Positions 12,549 through 24,059 of a stretch of 64,000 nt of DNA are shown here, in pieces. Numbering within the stretch: the stretch's first letter is position 1; each line of letters starts with the position of its first letter. Origin of the DNA: Lytechinus pictus (lineage: Eukaryota); contig NW_026974140.1 in NCBI RefSeq assembly GCF_037042905.1, forward strand, positions 746,001 to 810,000. Reading direction: 5' to 3'. The translations under genes and the position numbers were made by a program. The notes beneath the pieces are model-generated. The model worked only from the letters and a program-made list of their open reading frames with translations. It did no database searches and had not been told where the DNA came from.

Positions 12549-13896
12549 TTAACGCGATCAGAAATCCATTCAATATGATTGAACTTAATATCATGCAGAA
12601 ACCAATATGCATATAATTAATTAACAAATTTAGACCTTTGAACCGACTTGCATATATAATGAGATGTGACCTTTGACCTGCGTACACCGAATTCGAACTT
12701 AGCCTGTATTTTGTGGTCATCTACCTACACACCAAAATTTTTTAAAATCCATTAAATATTTTTCGAGTTATTGCGCAGAAACCAAGTGGGGGGACGGACA
12801 GGGGCAACGCTTACTGCCCCTTCCGGGCTTCGTCTGCTGGGGCATAAAAACTCTAGGCCTACTCAGCAGGGGCCCATTTCTCATTACCTGGACAAGTTAG
12901 TCATATATCTTTATCTATTAAACACAGAGTTAGTTCCAATCTTACCCAAAAGGATTAACTAGAATCCATTGATATCGTCATATTGATACTATTGGTGGAA
13001 CAAAAATAGCATAATTTTCAAAAAGTAAAATTATGATAAAACTTACAATTATTGTGATGAATTTGGAAATACATCCTATCAAAATAATAGCAGAGGCGAA
13101 ATATGCATAAAACATACTCAAACATGCAGACATGGGCATTAAATTGCTGATGAAATGAAATTATCAGTAATTCATTTCATGACAAAAAAAAATCACATGT
13201 ATGTGGACATTGAGATGGGTATCCCCAGATATAAAATTTGAATAGTTTAAGTAAACCATACAGGCTTTCTTCCTAAAATGATGATAATTATACAGGTTTT
13301 TAGGATTCCAAACACCATCAAAATATTATCATCATGAATAAACTCTTTAGATACCGAAACACACGATTTTATAAATTCTATGCGTATATTAGAGAGAGAA
13401 GGGTCTGAAAGCGACGAGTACGAGTCCAATTATGGATGGCCTGAAGTGGTAGAATCTTTGTCAATTCAATTATTTTACTACTTTAAAATAAATGGTTTTG
13501 TGATGTTTTACCAACACTTGTTATAATTCTGTGCATTACAATTACTATTGAATGATTTATCCCACTTGTGTACAATATAATTCATTTTCTATGAATTATT
13601 ATGTAATATTATAATTTTCGAATTTCGAGGCTCATTTGCATGTATTATGGTGTCATCTATCTAAACACCCAATTTTTAAAAAATCTGTTGAAATTTTATA
13701 AGTTATTATGAGGATACCAACTCGCATATTTAATGACCCTGTGTAGTGGTCCACCTGCATTCCCCCAACCAGTTATCGGGAGGAGAGACCTGCGGGTCAC
13801 AGTTCTGTGTGCGCGCCCTTGTAGGCGACCCAGATTGGCTGGCTCCTCCAATATGCCTTTGAATGTCTTTGACAGATATATGGTGCTATAAAAATG

Positions 13897-15516
13897 CAGT
13901 GGCGTAACAGGCGGGGGGGGCAGGGGGGGCAAGTTACCCCCCCCCTGGCGGATTTCACCGGGAAAATTAAAAAACAACGGGAAAAAGAAAAAAAGGAGGG
14001 AGAAAGAAAGGGAAAGGGGAAGGAAAGGGGAAAGAAAAGGAGGAAAGGGAAATGGAAAGAGAAAAGGAAAAAGACAACGAAGAAAAAACTGTTTTTAGTA
14101 AAAAAGGGAGGAAAGCGGGAAAATGTACGATAGAATTAACATTTGAAAAAGAACAAATCATTGAGAAAAGGGCCTATGTACTGCAATAGCACGGTGGGAA
14201 ATAAATTAAAAGATGACAAAATGGCAAACAATAGCGGGAAACGAAGGTAGAATGTAATTAGTCAAGAGCTAAATTAGAAAACAAAGAAAAGGAACAAGAA
14301 AAAAAATAACACGACCGGGCTGCTGATGATTGAAATTAAAGAGCGGGAAGAAAGATGGACTGCATACAACATTGTGCTATAAGTTTTCTAAATTTTATGC
14401 AAATAAGCTACCGGGGCTTTGCCCCAGACCCCACAAAGTAGGGGCTCTTCATTTATAATCTTCAAATGGCTCTATAACGCCCCCGTTCAATCACGTTCAA
14501 TCACTGCCATACAGGCGGGGGGGGGGGGTCGTGGTTCCACACCCAAGAGGATATAAAAGAAATTTTATAGGAGACAACGTACATGACGTATAATGAAATG
14601 AATAAAAACAAGGAAATGTGTTATTTGCTGATAATAATGGAAAAATCTATCACATAATTAGATTTTAATTTCAATAGGCAATTTTTTCCAGCTCGCTTTG
14701 CACACTGGCGACTTTTTACAAATTTTTCCCACATTTCTATGTTTTGCCCCCTCAAAATATTTGGTTCATTACGCAACTGGGTTGAATAAATGTGTTGTGT
14801 AAAAGCTATATTATGCCCGCGATTTGATTAAAATTGGGGAAATCTGCAAGGTTTAAATGGCTTTGATATCAAGAAGTTCCTGGGGCTCTGCCCTGGACCC
14901 CAAACACACAGCACTGCGTATGGAAGGGTTGGGCCATGGCCCCAAAAAGTTCTACAGCCAAGAACAAAAAAAAGGAGGAATTACCTCCTTTTTTGTTGGA
15001 AAAGTATTGTAGGATATGATTTTAATTACTGAATATGTTAAAAAATAGCTCAAAGTTAGATTCTCATGAAAAGTTGATTTTTTTTCTCGCTTGCTTCGCT
15101 CGCTCAGGACTTATATATATAAAGCAGCCTTTTGGCACATGTTCTATACTGCGCTCCTCGTTGTTTTTTTGTTTTGTTTTTTACTCTTCACGCTACTGCC
15201 GCAAAGAATCCTCTTCACAGTGGCGTACAGACCACCGTGACAAAAAAGGAATCTAAAGAGAGAAGAATTAAATAAATTTATTATCTGGATATCATGTCAA
15301 AATCTATCACAAAATTGGATTTTTGTATTAAAAAGGTATTTAAAAAATTGCTCGCTCGCTTCGCTCGCTCGCAACTTTTTTTAAAGGTAAGTTCTGGCCT
15401 TCTCAAAATAGTCGCCTTACTACACCATTACGCCTATATTCATACCATGATATGACCGGGAAATTTTTGGCTCTTGCCCCCCCCCCCCCTGGCCACCGAA
15501 CCCTGTTACGCCGCTG
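13897..15516. mobile_element. hAT-type non-autonomous element
   Basis: TIR CAGTGGCGTAACAGG / CCTGTTACGCCGCTG with perfect 8-bp TSD TAAAAATG (13889-13896 and 15517-15524). Confidence 0.9.
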
Positions 15517-15529
15517 TAAAAATGCTGTG

Positions 15530-16220
15530 CATCATCATCATCTACCTACACACCCAAATTTTTTAAAAATCTGTTGAATATTTCATAAGATATCTTTAAG
15601 GAGCTGTGATCTTTGACCTGCATACTCCGAATTCGAACTTAGCCTGTATTGGTATCATCTACCTACACACTCAAATTTGTTTAAATATGTAGAATATTTT
15701 ATAAGTAATCATGCGGAAACTAAATTGCATATTTAATGAGCCGTGAACTTTGACCTGCCGACTACGAATTCGAACTTGACCTGTATTTTGGTGTCGTCTA
15801 CCTACACACTCAAATTCGTTTAAATATGTAGAATATTTCATAAGTAATCATGCGGAAACTAAATTGCATATTTAATGAGCCGTGACCTTTGACCTGCCGA
15901 CTCCGAACTTAGCCTGTATATGGTGTCATCTACCTACACACCCTAATTTTTATAAATCTGTTGAATATTTCATAAGTCATCATGCGGAAACCAACTCGGA
16001 TATTTCATGAGCTGTGACCTTGGACCTGCAGACTCCGAATTCAAAGTTAGCCTGTACTATGGTGTCATGTACCTACACACCAATTTTTTTTTAAATCAAT
16101 ATATATAAATCGAAATATATTTCGATTTATTGCGCGGAAACCAATTGGGGGGGCGGGCGAATCAACGGACAGGGGCAACGCTTAATGCCCCCTCCGGACT
16201 TTGTCTGCGGGGGCATAATT
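15530..16220 (-). mobile_element. HINE-like element with about 120-bp tandem repeats (same family as 265-618)
   Basis: About 5 copies of TGACCTTTGACCTG...GAACTTAGCCTGTA...CTACCTACAC. The 5' module at 16160-16220 matches 265-330. A further unit lies at about 13640-13740, on the other side of the hAT insertion. Confidence 0.75.
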
Positions 16221-17323
16221 ACCGAGCTAGAGCTGCATTTGAAGCGAGCCTGAATCAAGGCTGTGAAATTTATTAGCGCCACCATCAGGCTTCCTTTTAT
16301 TTGCGTAAAAAGAAGAGACACGCAAAGTCACTTTCTAGTCCAAACTCCAAAGTAATCAAATTTGCTTTTTTTTAAATATGATTTTGATTTAGGCCTAATT
16401 AAAAATATACTATTGACTTTTTGTATTATGGCTACTCACCGCAAAGCGCCCCGGTGAGTAGCGAGGAGTTTCGGCAAATATTAATTCTGTATTGTAATGA
16501 AGCGATGTTTGCCAACTTCACAGAAATCCAGGGCCAAATGCAGTTCGGTGTACGAGGTTAGTACTATAGATCTATACATGTACTGTAGCAACTATATGTA
16601 GCCACTAACCTCGAACTAGTAATGAGTGGGGCCAGGGCTACCACAACTATACTAGTACAGCAGGCGATGGTTCGTGTAAGCTCCACTACACTTCACTACT
16701 GCTAACCTCTGCTTCACCTATACTGATTAATGGCTGGCTATACGAACCATTGCCTGAGTTTTTTAGGCCTAGTCACTCAGTCAAGGGTTCATTACATGCC
16801 GCCGCGCACAGAAAAATCAAGCAATAGAAGTTGTGTGTTGTGGACACCAGAAGTGGGATCACAGCACGCGTGACCCACTAGTTAGAAATCCATTGCCAAA
16901 CGTGGTTAATGGTGCGAGGTTAGTATACTAATACTAACCTCGCAATACGCGTGAGTCACTGAGTGGAGTAGCCTAACGTTAGAGTTTCATACGGCATGTA
17001 CGGCCAGGCATCAATAACTTTTGTTGTCATCCAATTTCAATGAAATTTTCAGCATTTTGCTCGGAATGAATTTTACATTATTTATCAAGATCAAGGCCTA
17101 AATATCTTCAACCTGTATAATTCATAACCATTTTACTTTTTAGGTGTGCAGAAAAGACCAACCCCCCCCCCCCCCAATGGTCTGCTGACTACAGTACATA
17201 AACTTAAATACACGGGACTAGTATTGTTACACAGCTTTTTGCAAATGCAAGTTTGGTAACGACTAACGAATTCCCATTTTTTTTTCAACGTAATTTTGAA
17301 GTCGAAAACATAGCTGAACTTAC

Positions 17324-17384
17324 GAATGCAATGTCCGTCCACATCCTACCGATTAGAGCAGTTGTATGCAGCTCATGTAGGCAT
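17324..17384 (-). pseudogene. THAP gene exon 1 (nonsense codon and frameshift)
   Basis: ATG CCT ACA TGA GCT GCA TAC AAC TGC TCT AAT CGG = MPT*AAYNCSNR (CxxxxC with first Cys to TGA). After a frameshift it reads GCGRTLH-TC|GTAAGT; this phase-2 donor joins exon 2 to give LHSFPF. Confidence 0.75.
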
Positions 17385-17399
17385 GAATAACGTGAAATC

Positions 17400-17500
17400 T
17401 AAGCTAATAAGTTCACCAACATGCCAATCTGAGCTGTGAAAAAGTGTGATCGTCCCGGAGCGAAAACAGCTTGAGCAAGGTGCAGCCAATCAGCGACCTT
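17400..17500 (-). promoter_or_regulatory. Putative CCAAT-box promoter region of the THAP gene
   Basis: GCCAATC near 17424 and GCAGCCAATCAG near 17482, within about 110 bp upstream of the exon 1 ATG. Confidence 0.3.
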
Positions 17501-17519
17501 CTTATGTCCCCTTCGAGAC

Positions 17520-18162
17520 AGAGGAGACGAAATGATTTTATGTCAAAAAGACTCAAAACACAAAATCATTTCGTCGACGAAATTTTTTTGTGGTTTTGAC
17601 ACAAAATCATTTCGTCGACGAAATTTTTTTGTGTTTTGACACAAAATCATTTCGTCAACGAAATTTTTTTGTGGTTTTGACACAAAATGATTTCGTCGAC
17701 GGAATAGATTTTCGCATCGCAACGAAATAAATTTTGTGGACGCAATTACATTTAGTCTCGACGAAAATTGATTTTGTGTGACAAAAAATAATTTCGTATA
17801 CGAAATAAAACTGCGTCATGACGAAATGATTTTCATATGAACAAAAACACATTTTGTGTACGGAATGGCGTGAATTGGACGGAATTTACCATCGGACATT
17901 TGGTGCGCCATTTCGTTTGATAAAAATTCATTTCGTATGGCACGCCAAATAAACTTTGTGGACGCAATTACATTTCGTCTAGACGAAATTGATTTCGTGC
18001 ATTTCGTCGAGACGAAATTGATTTTGTGTGACAAAAAATAAATTTTGTGTACGAAATAAAAAAGCGTCATGACGAAATGATTTTCGTCTGAATAAAAACA
18101 CATTTTGTGTACGGAATGCCGTGATTTGGACGGAATTCACTGGCGGACACTTGGCGCCCCAT
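17520..18162. repeat. ACGAAAT-rich subterminal-type repeat array with internal duplication
   Basis: About 38-bp units at 17555-17700. 17725-17910 is duplicated at about 17950-18160. Confidence 0.7.
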
Positions 18163-18299
18163 AACCTACAAGTATGAATTGTTTGTGTGAGTGGCTTGTT
18201 TTTGTTTCGGTGTCTGTTTAATATGTGTATAAGCCACGTATGTTTGTAAGGTAGATCAACTCGGAGTAGTATCATAAGAAAATCATATATGTACAAAAT

Positions 18300-20422
18300 A
18301 GTTAATGTGTCATCGATTTTCTATAATAATTCCTAGTGGATACCGTTGTTGAAGAAGATGTAAACATAATATTAAGAAGCTGTGATTACATTAATTGTGA
18401 GGTATTTGATCAAAATAAAGAGGGGAATTTTGATCTTATGCATTTGAATGCCAGAAGTTTATGTAAAAATTATGATGATCTGTTACATTTACTCTCATGC
18501 TTGAAACATGATTTCTCAGTAATAGGTGTTACATAAACTTGGTTTAAAGATGCTACTAATATCTGAATGTTTCAGATACCTGGCTATTCTTGTGTTCATA
18601 AATGTAGGGCAGGAAAAAAACGGTGGTGGGACATGCATGTATGTAAAAGATGACTTAAATTTTGAATTACGTGAAGATTTGTCTGGTTCTAAGACAGGGT
18701 ATGAAGTAGTCTTTGTTGAAACAACAATTGTCTCTAAAAAGGTTATTATTGGTTATGTATATAGGGCACCAGACTATGATAGTATGTCTTTTATTGAGGA
18801 TTTTGAACATCAGCTACAGGTTGTGAGTAGAGAGAACGAGGAGATCTATTTGATGGGTGATTTTAACATAAATTTTATTGAATTATGACGATGATCAATG
18901 TGTTAAAAGATTGTTGATTTCATGTACTCCTTTGGAATATTCTCTGTTATCACAAAGCCTACTCGTGTAACAGAAAACAGTGCAACCCTGATAGATACTA
19001 TTTTCGCTAATTGCATTCAAAATGAGTTTTGCTCTGGTGTAATTTATTCCGATATTTCAGATCATATGCCCATATTTTGTGTAAGAAAGGATTCCTTAGT
19101 AACTCCTGTTAAGAAAGTGAGAAAGATATGAAACGGCTTATTAATGATGTAAGAATTTCAAGGTTCAAACAACACTTAGCTGAAATTGATTGGCAGGCTC
19201 TGCCCTCAGTGGAAGGCGTTAATGATGTTTACGAAGTTTTTCTACAAAGGTTTCTCGGCCTATACAACTTTTCTTTCCCACTAGTTAAGGTAGCAACAAG
19301 AAAAAAAAATGTAAGAAGCCCTGGGTAACTCATAGTTTACTGAGGTCGATGAATCATAAACATAAGCTTTATAGTACTTACATCAAGAGACTTACAGCTG
19401 AAAGTAAAAAGAGGTATATTGATTATACGAATGTATTGATTAATGTTCTTCGCTCAGCCAAGAAAGATTATTACGATGATTTGTTAAACGAAGTTAAAGG
19501 TGATATCAGGAAGACTTGGACTCACATTAATGAATTGCTTGGACGTTCAATTAGGCATTCTATTCCACAAGAGATGATTTGTAATGGTGTACTTTTATCA
19601 TCAACCAAGGATAAGGCTGAAAGCTTTAACAAATATTTCATTGGATTGCCCTAGAAAATATCGACAGAAATTCCTCAAGTACCACAATCTCATCGTGAAT
19701 ATATGAAACGATGTAAAGATAATGCTTCTCTGTTTTAAACCCTGCTACAAAAGCTGAGATGATTAATATTGAATCGTCTTTAAAACTGTCTAAATCGAGT
19801 GTTTCTGATGATATTTCACCTCGATTTATAAAGGAGAGTATTCACAGTTTTGTTGAACGTTTATGTAAAAAATCATTAATATGTCATTATCTCAGGAGGG
19901 GGTCGTTCCAGAAAAACTAAATGTAGCTAAAGTTGTGCCGGTGTATTAAAAAATCTGATCGTAAGTATGTCATAAATTATAGGCCGATAGCATTGTTACC
20001 GATTTTTTTTCAAAGATTCTAGAGAAAATAATTTATAAACGTTTAAATGAATTTTTATCTAAAAAGAACATCTTGATTCGTCAGCAGTGCGGATTTCGTA
20101 CAAATTTCTCCACAAAAATGCTGTTTTTAACTTCATGAGTAATATCGTAAAGGCTATTGATGAAAACAAATATTGTCTGGGGATATTCTTAGATCTGTCA
20201 AAGGCATTTGATACCATTGACCATGATATCCTTCTCAAAAAACTTGAACACTTTGGAATTCGTGGTGTAGCATTGTCATGTTTCCGAAGCTATTTGTGTG
20301 ATAGGACACAATTTGTTATGATAGATAGATCTAGATCCAAACATGCTACGATTAACTATGGTGTACTCGGGGTTCTGTTCTTGGTCCCCTGTTATTTCTG
20401 ATCTATACATGTATAAACGATA
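18300..20422 (+). pseudogene. CR1/L2-group LINE ORF2, 5' part (AP endonuclease and RT), decayed
   Basis: HLNARSL, GGGTCMYV, YRAP, MGDFN, TKPTRVT, SDHMPI, NYRPIALL, FLDLSKAFDTIDH and GSVLGPLLFLIY..IND in broken frames. Confidence 0.95.
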
Positions 20423-23400
20423 TATAGTAGAGCGGATTAGCTCCAAAAATCACAACAATTGTGCAAATTTTGACTAAAGCATGAAACTTTCACAAGTATT
20501 AGTATATGCCGTAAGATTTATTTTAAAGGTGGGAGGTAAATTTTAAAATGCCATTTTCGGCCGTTGCCATGGCAACAGATTAATTTCTCAATAATGACAT
20601 ACATTCCCATGTAAATGGTAAATAAACATGATATAGATGACCAAAATGATAATTTTCAAGTTCCCAATTGAATATATATAAAATTTAGAAACATTCAAAA
20701 TTAACAAGATAGTTCCAATTGGTCTGTTGCCATGGCAACGGCTTGTTTTTCCCCAGAAAAATAAAAAAATTGATTAAAAAAAACGTTGTAGAATAGGATT
20801 TATCTTTAATTTCCCCTAATTTTACAGTGTTAAACAATTATATTTTGGTTGCTCAATGTATAAACTACATCTCAAGCCATTGCCATGACAACCAAATAAC
20901 ATATGATTTACAAAAATAACATGGTAAACTAGACAATGGACAGGTGGAAAATACAACTGGAAATGACTTAATCTGTATGCTTAAGTTTTGACCCCCTCAT
21001 TTGAACAAAAAATACAGAAAGTGTTCTGCAGGAGTTCTTTATAAAGATAAAACATTATGTTGCCTTGGTAATGCTTGAATTAAATTAAAAAAAACGAATG
21101 TTGCAAAGATCCCGTTGCCATGGCAACAGCTTATTTCCCTCTAGAAAGGTAAAAATATTGATAAAAATATAGAATACATGTATGATCATCATTCCATTTT
21201 CAATATTTTTAAGGTACTAATCGAAATATGATTGTGACTACATTTATAAATATAACATCTTAAGCCATTGCCATGGCAACCAGATAACATCTAATTAAAA
21301 AAAAAACAGCAGGGATGACAAGGCTATGGATAGGTGAAAAGTACAATGAAAATTAACTTATGTAATATGCATAAGGTTTGACCTACTCAATTAATTTAGG
21401 GGAAATAATACAGTGAGTGTTCTGCATGAACTAATTGGAATGATACAGATTGATGTTGCCTTGGTAATACTTGAATTCAACGATAAATATCAATGTTGCA
21501 AATTGCCTGTTGCCATAGCAACGAATCATTTAGTACCAGCTTTTATTAAAAAAGGACTATAGAATCTGGTTTTTCTTGCATTTCCCCTAATCTTAGTGTG
21601 TTAAACATAGATATGTTTGATGCAAATTGTTTAAATAACATCTAAAGCTATTGCCATGGCAACCAAATGATATCTAATTCACAAAAAATATTAATTTGGA
21701 TGACAAGATCATGGACAGGTGGAAATACAAATATAACTCAATATGCGAAAGCTTTGGCCAGTCATTTAATTTTGAACAAAAAATTCACTAAGTATTCTGC
21801 ATGAGTTCATTAGAATAATAAATTGATGTTGCCTTGGTAATACTTGAATTAAACGATAAATATTAGTAATTCAAATGTTCTGTTGCCATGGCAACAGCTC
21901 ATTTCCCCCAGAAAAGTATCAGCAGCTTTGATAAATAAAAACATGATAAAATCTGATTTTTCTTTCATTTCCCCTAAGTTAAGGGTGTTAGAAAATATAT
22001 GTTTGCTGTTAATATGTAGATAACATCTTCAGCCATTGCCTTGGCAACCAATCAAGATGTAATTTATAAATACAAAAAAAAATACTGTTGAAATGATAAT
22101 GGTCAGGTGGGATGTAAAATAAAGGTTTACTTAAGCTACATAATGTTTGACCAGTCATTAAGTTTTGAACAAAAATTACAGTAAGTGTTCTGCATGAGTA
22201 CAATAGCATGATAAAAACTGATGCTGCCTTGGTAATGGTTGAATTTAATGATATCATTTTTTTGCAAATGTGTGTTCGGTTGCCATGGCTACGGATCATT
22301 TTCCCCCAAAAAAATACCATCTTTGATAAAAAAAAATACCTAGTAGAATCTTATTTTCATTAATGTCCACTAAGATTAGGGTGCCAAACACATACACGTA
22401 CATGTTTGTTGTTAAATGTATAAATAACATTTTAAGGCGTTGAAATGGCAATAACATAACATTTCATTTTAAAAAAAAACATAGCTGACAAGATAATGGA
22501 CCGACGGAAAATACAATAAAATTAACTGAATATGCGTAAGGTTTGACCTACTCTTTTAATTTTGAACAAAAGTTACATTAAGTGTTATGCATGATTTCAT
22601 TAGGATGACAAAAATTACTTTTGTTTTGGTAATGCTTGAACATAATGATGAATATCAATGTTACAAATGGCTCCAGAAAAGTACAAATTTTGATAAAAAT
22701 ATGTTTATTTAGTTCCTTTTCCTTATAGGAGGTTGCTGAACATAAATATGCTAAATGATAAGCACCATCTTATTTCATAATACATGGCATCGAAATAAGA
22801 CCTACAAAAATCACATCAGACTTTTTTTGGCTCAAATAAATTCCCGAAACTCTAATTTCGATGCTGGACAATTACGTTCAAAGTATTCGCAGGCGGCCAT
22901 TTTGAAGAAAGCGTTTTGGGGTAATTTGTGTTTTAAAGCTGTTCATCATATCAATATCTAAGGGGATTATAGGGGTTGATAAATCAAAATCTTAAGTCTA
23001 TTTGAGGAGTAGACATGGTCTTGATATCCTAATCAAGGTAAATACAGTAAATCAACTTTTACATGGAGATCATGAAATCATGCCTTGTCCGACTGTTTTA
23101 GCATACTTGGCTTGAAATACGATAGCAAAGCACTATTAGGCATCATCTGCCAGGATACACTCTTTAATTCCTGCATACAAATATCAGAAAATTGTTACTT
23201 TGTGAAAATTCCCATCATTTCTTTAAAAATTCATGAAAATTGCCGAAATTTAAAAACAATCCCACAAAAGTCACGTTTATTCCCATGGAAAGTTTCCATC
23301 AAGAAAATTCCCGAGAATTTTGCAACCCGTCTCCCCCCCCCCCCCTCCCAAAAAAGAAAAAAAATCATTATCAAGAAAAAATACAGAGAAAGTGAAAGAG

Positions 23401-24059
23401 AGATGGATAAAATATGATTATTTTACGAATAATATACCAAAAATGAAAAATTTGGAAAATTTTGCTCTGTCGCTGGCTCGGTGAGAACATTTTTAAGTAA
23501 ATTTTGCTTGATACGTCATATCTGGCCCCCTTAAAATTGCACTGCTGATTTTGACGAAGAAAATGTTGTAATACTGTGATAATTTTTAAAGTAACATATG
23601 AATCTATTCAACGCCAAGTGTAATCTATTCACTGGTTATTTTACATGAAAAGTAGACTGGTCAAATAAGATAAAAAATACCTTTACTGGTTGAAAGGTTA
23701 AAAATAATTTAAGCACTCAAGGGTATTCCAAGATGGTGCCCTCAGTGGGTGCCATAGGCTAAAAATCCACAATTCATCCATTACTTGATAAAATTGCTTT
23801 AATTTGGTTTCTATTCATTGGTTTTAAGGATCAAGTAGTACATTGGACCAAGTTACAGGGAAAGCCAGTGGTCTGGAATGTCCAAAAATCTAAGATGGCT
23901 TCAAAAAAATTGAATCTAAAATGGTTGCTGATACCTAAAGCGGACATAGCTCATTTCATATTGGCCTGGAGGATGATATTTTGGTGTCTAAATCATTGGT
24001 TTCAAGAGTCTAACAATATTAGTACAAGTTACAATGACAGTCAGGTATATTCGAAAATC

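Larger units (their letters stand above)
5790..13042 (-). repeat. Right arm of large inverted duplication, including a short tandem duplication and arm-specific insertions
   Basis: See left arm. 5790-6135 plus 7555-7660 is a direct copy of 7660-8160, with both units starting CCCTGGGTAAATAAA. Confidence 0.9.

Noticed and set aside
49..13042. Palindrome as a sequencing fold-back artefact
   Set aside because: The arms carry independent TE insertions with TSDs and many substitutions.
13735..13890. GC-richer 150-bp island inside the HINE-like array
   Set aside because: Too short, with no identifiable peptide or RNA motif.
13894..14161. Lys/Glu-rich ORF
   Set aside because: Purine-rich low-complexity tract inside the hAT element.
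17555..17700. CRISPR-like regularly spaced short repeats (also 42010-42335 and 63720-63960)
   Set aside because: No unique spacers, no cas genes and a eukaryotic context. These are tandem or subterminal transposon repeats.
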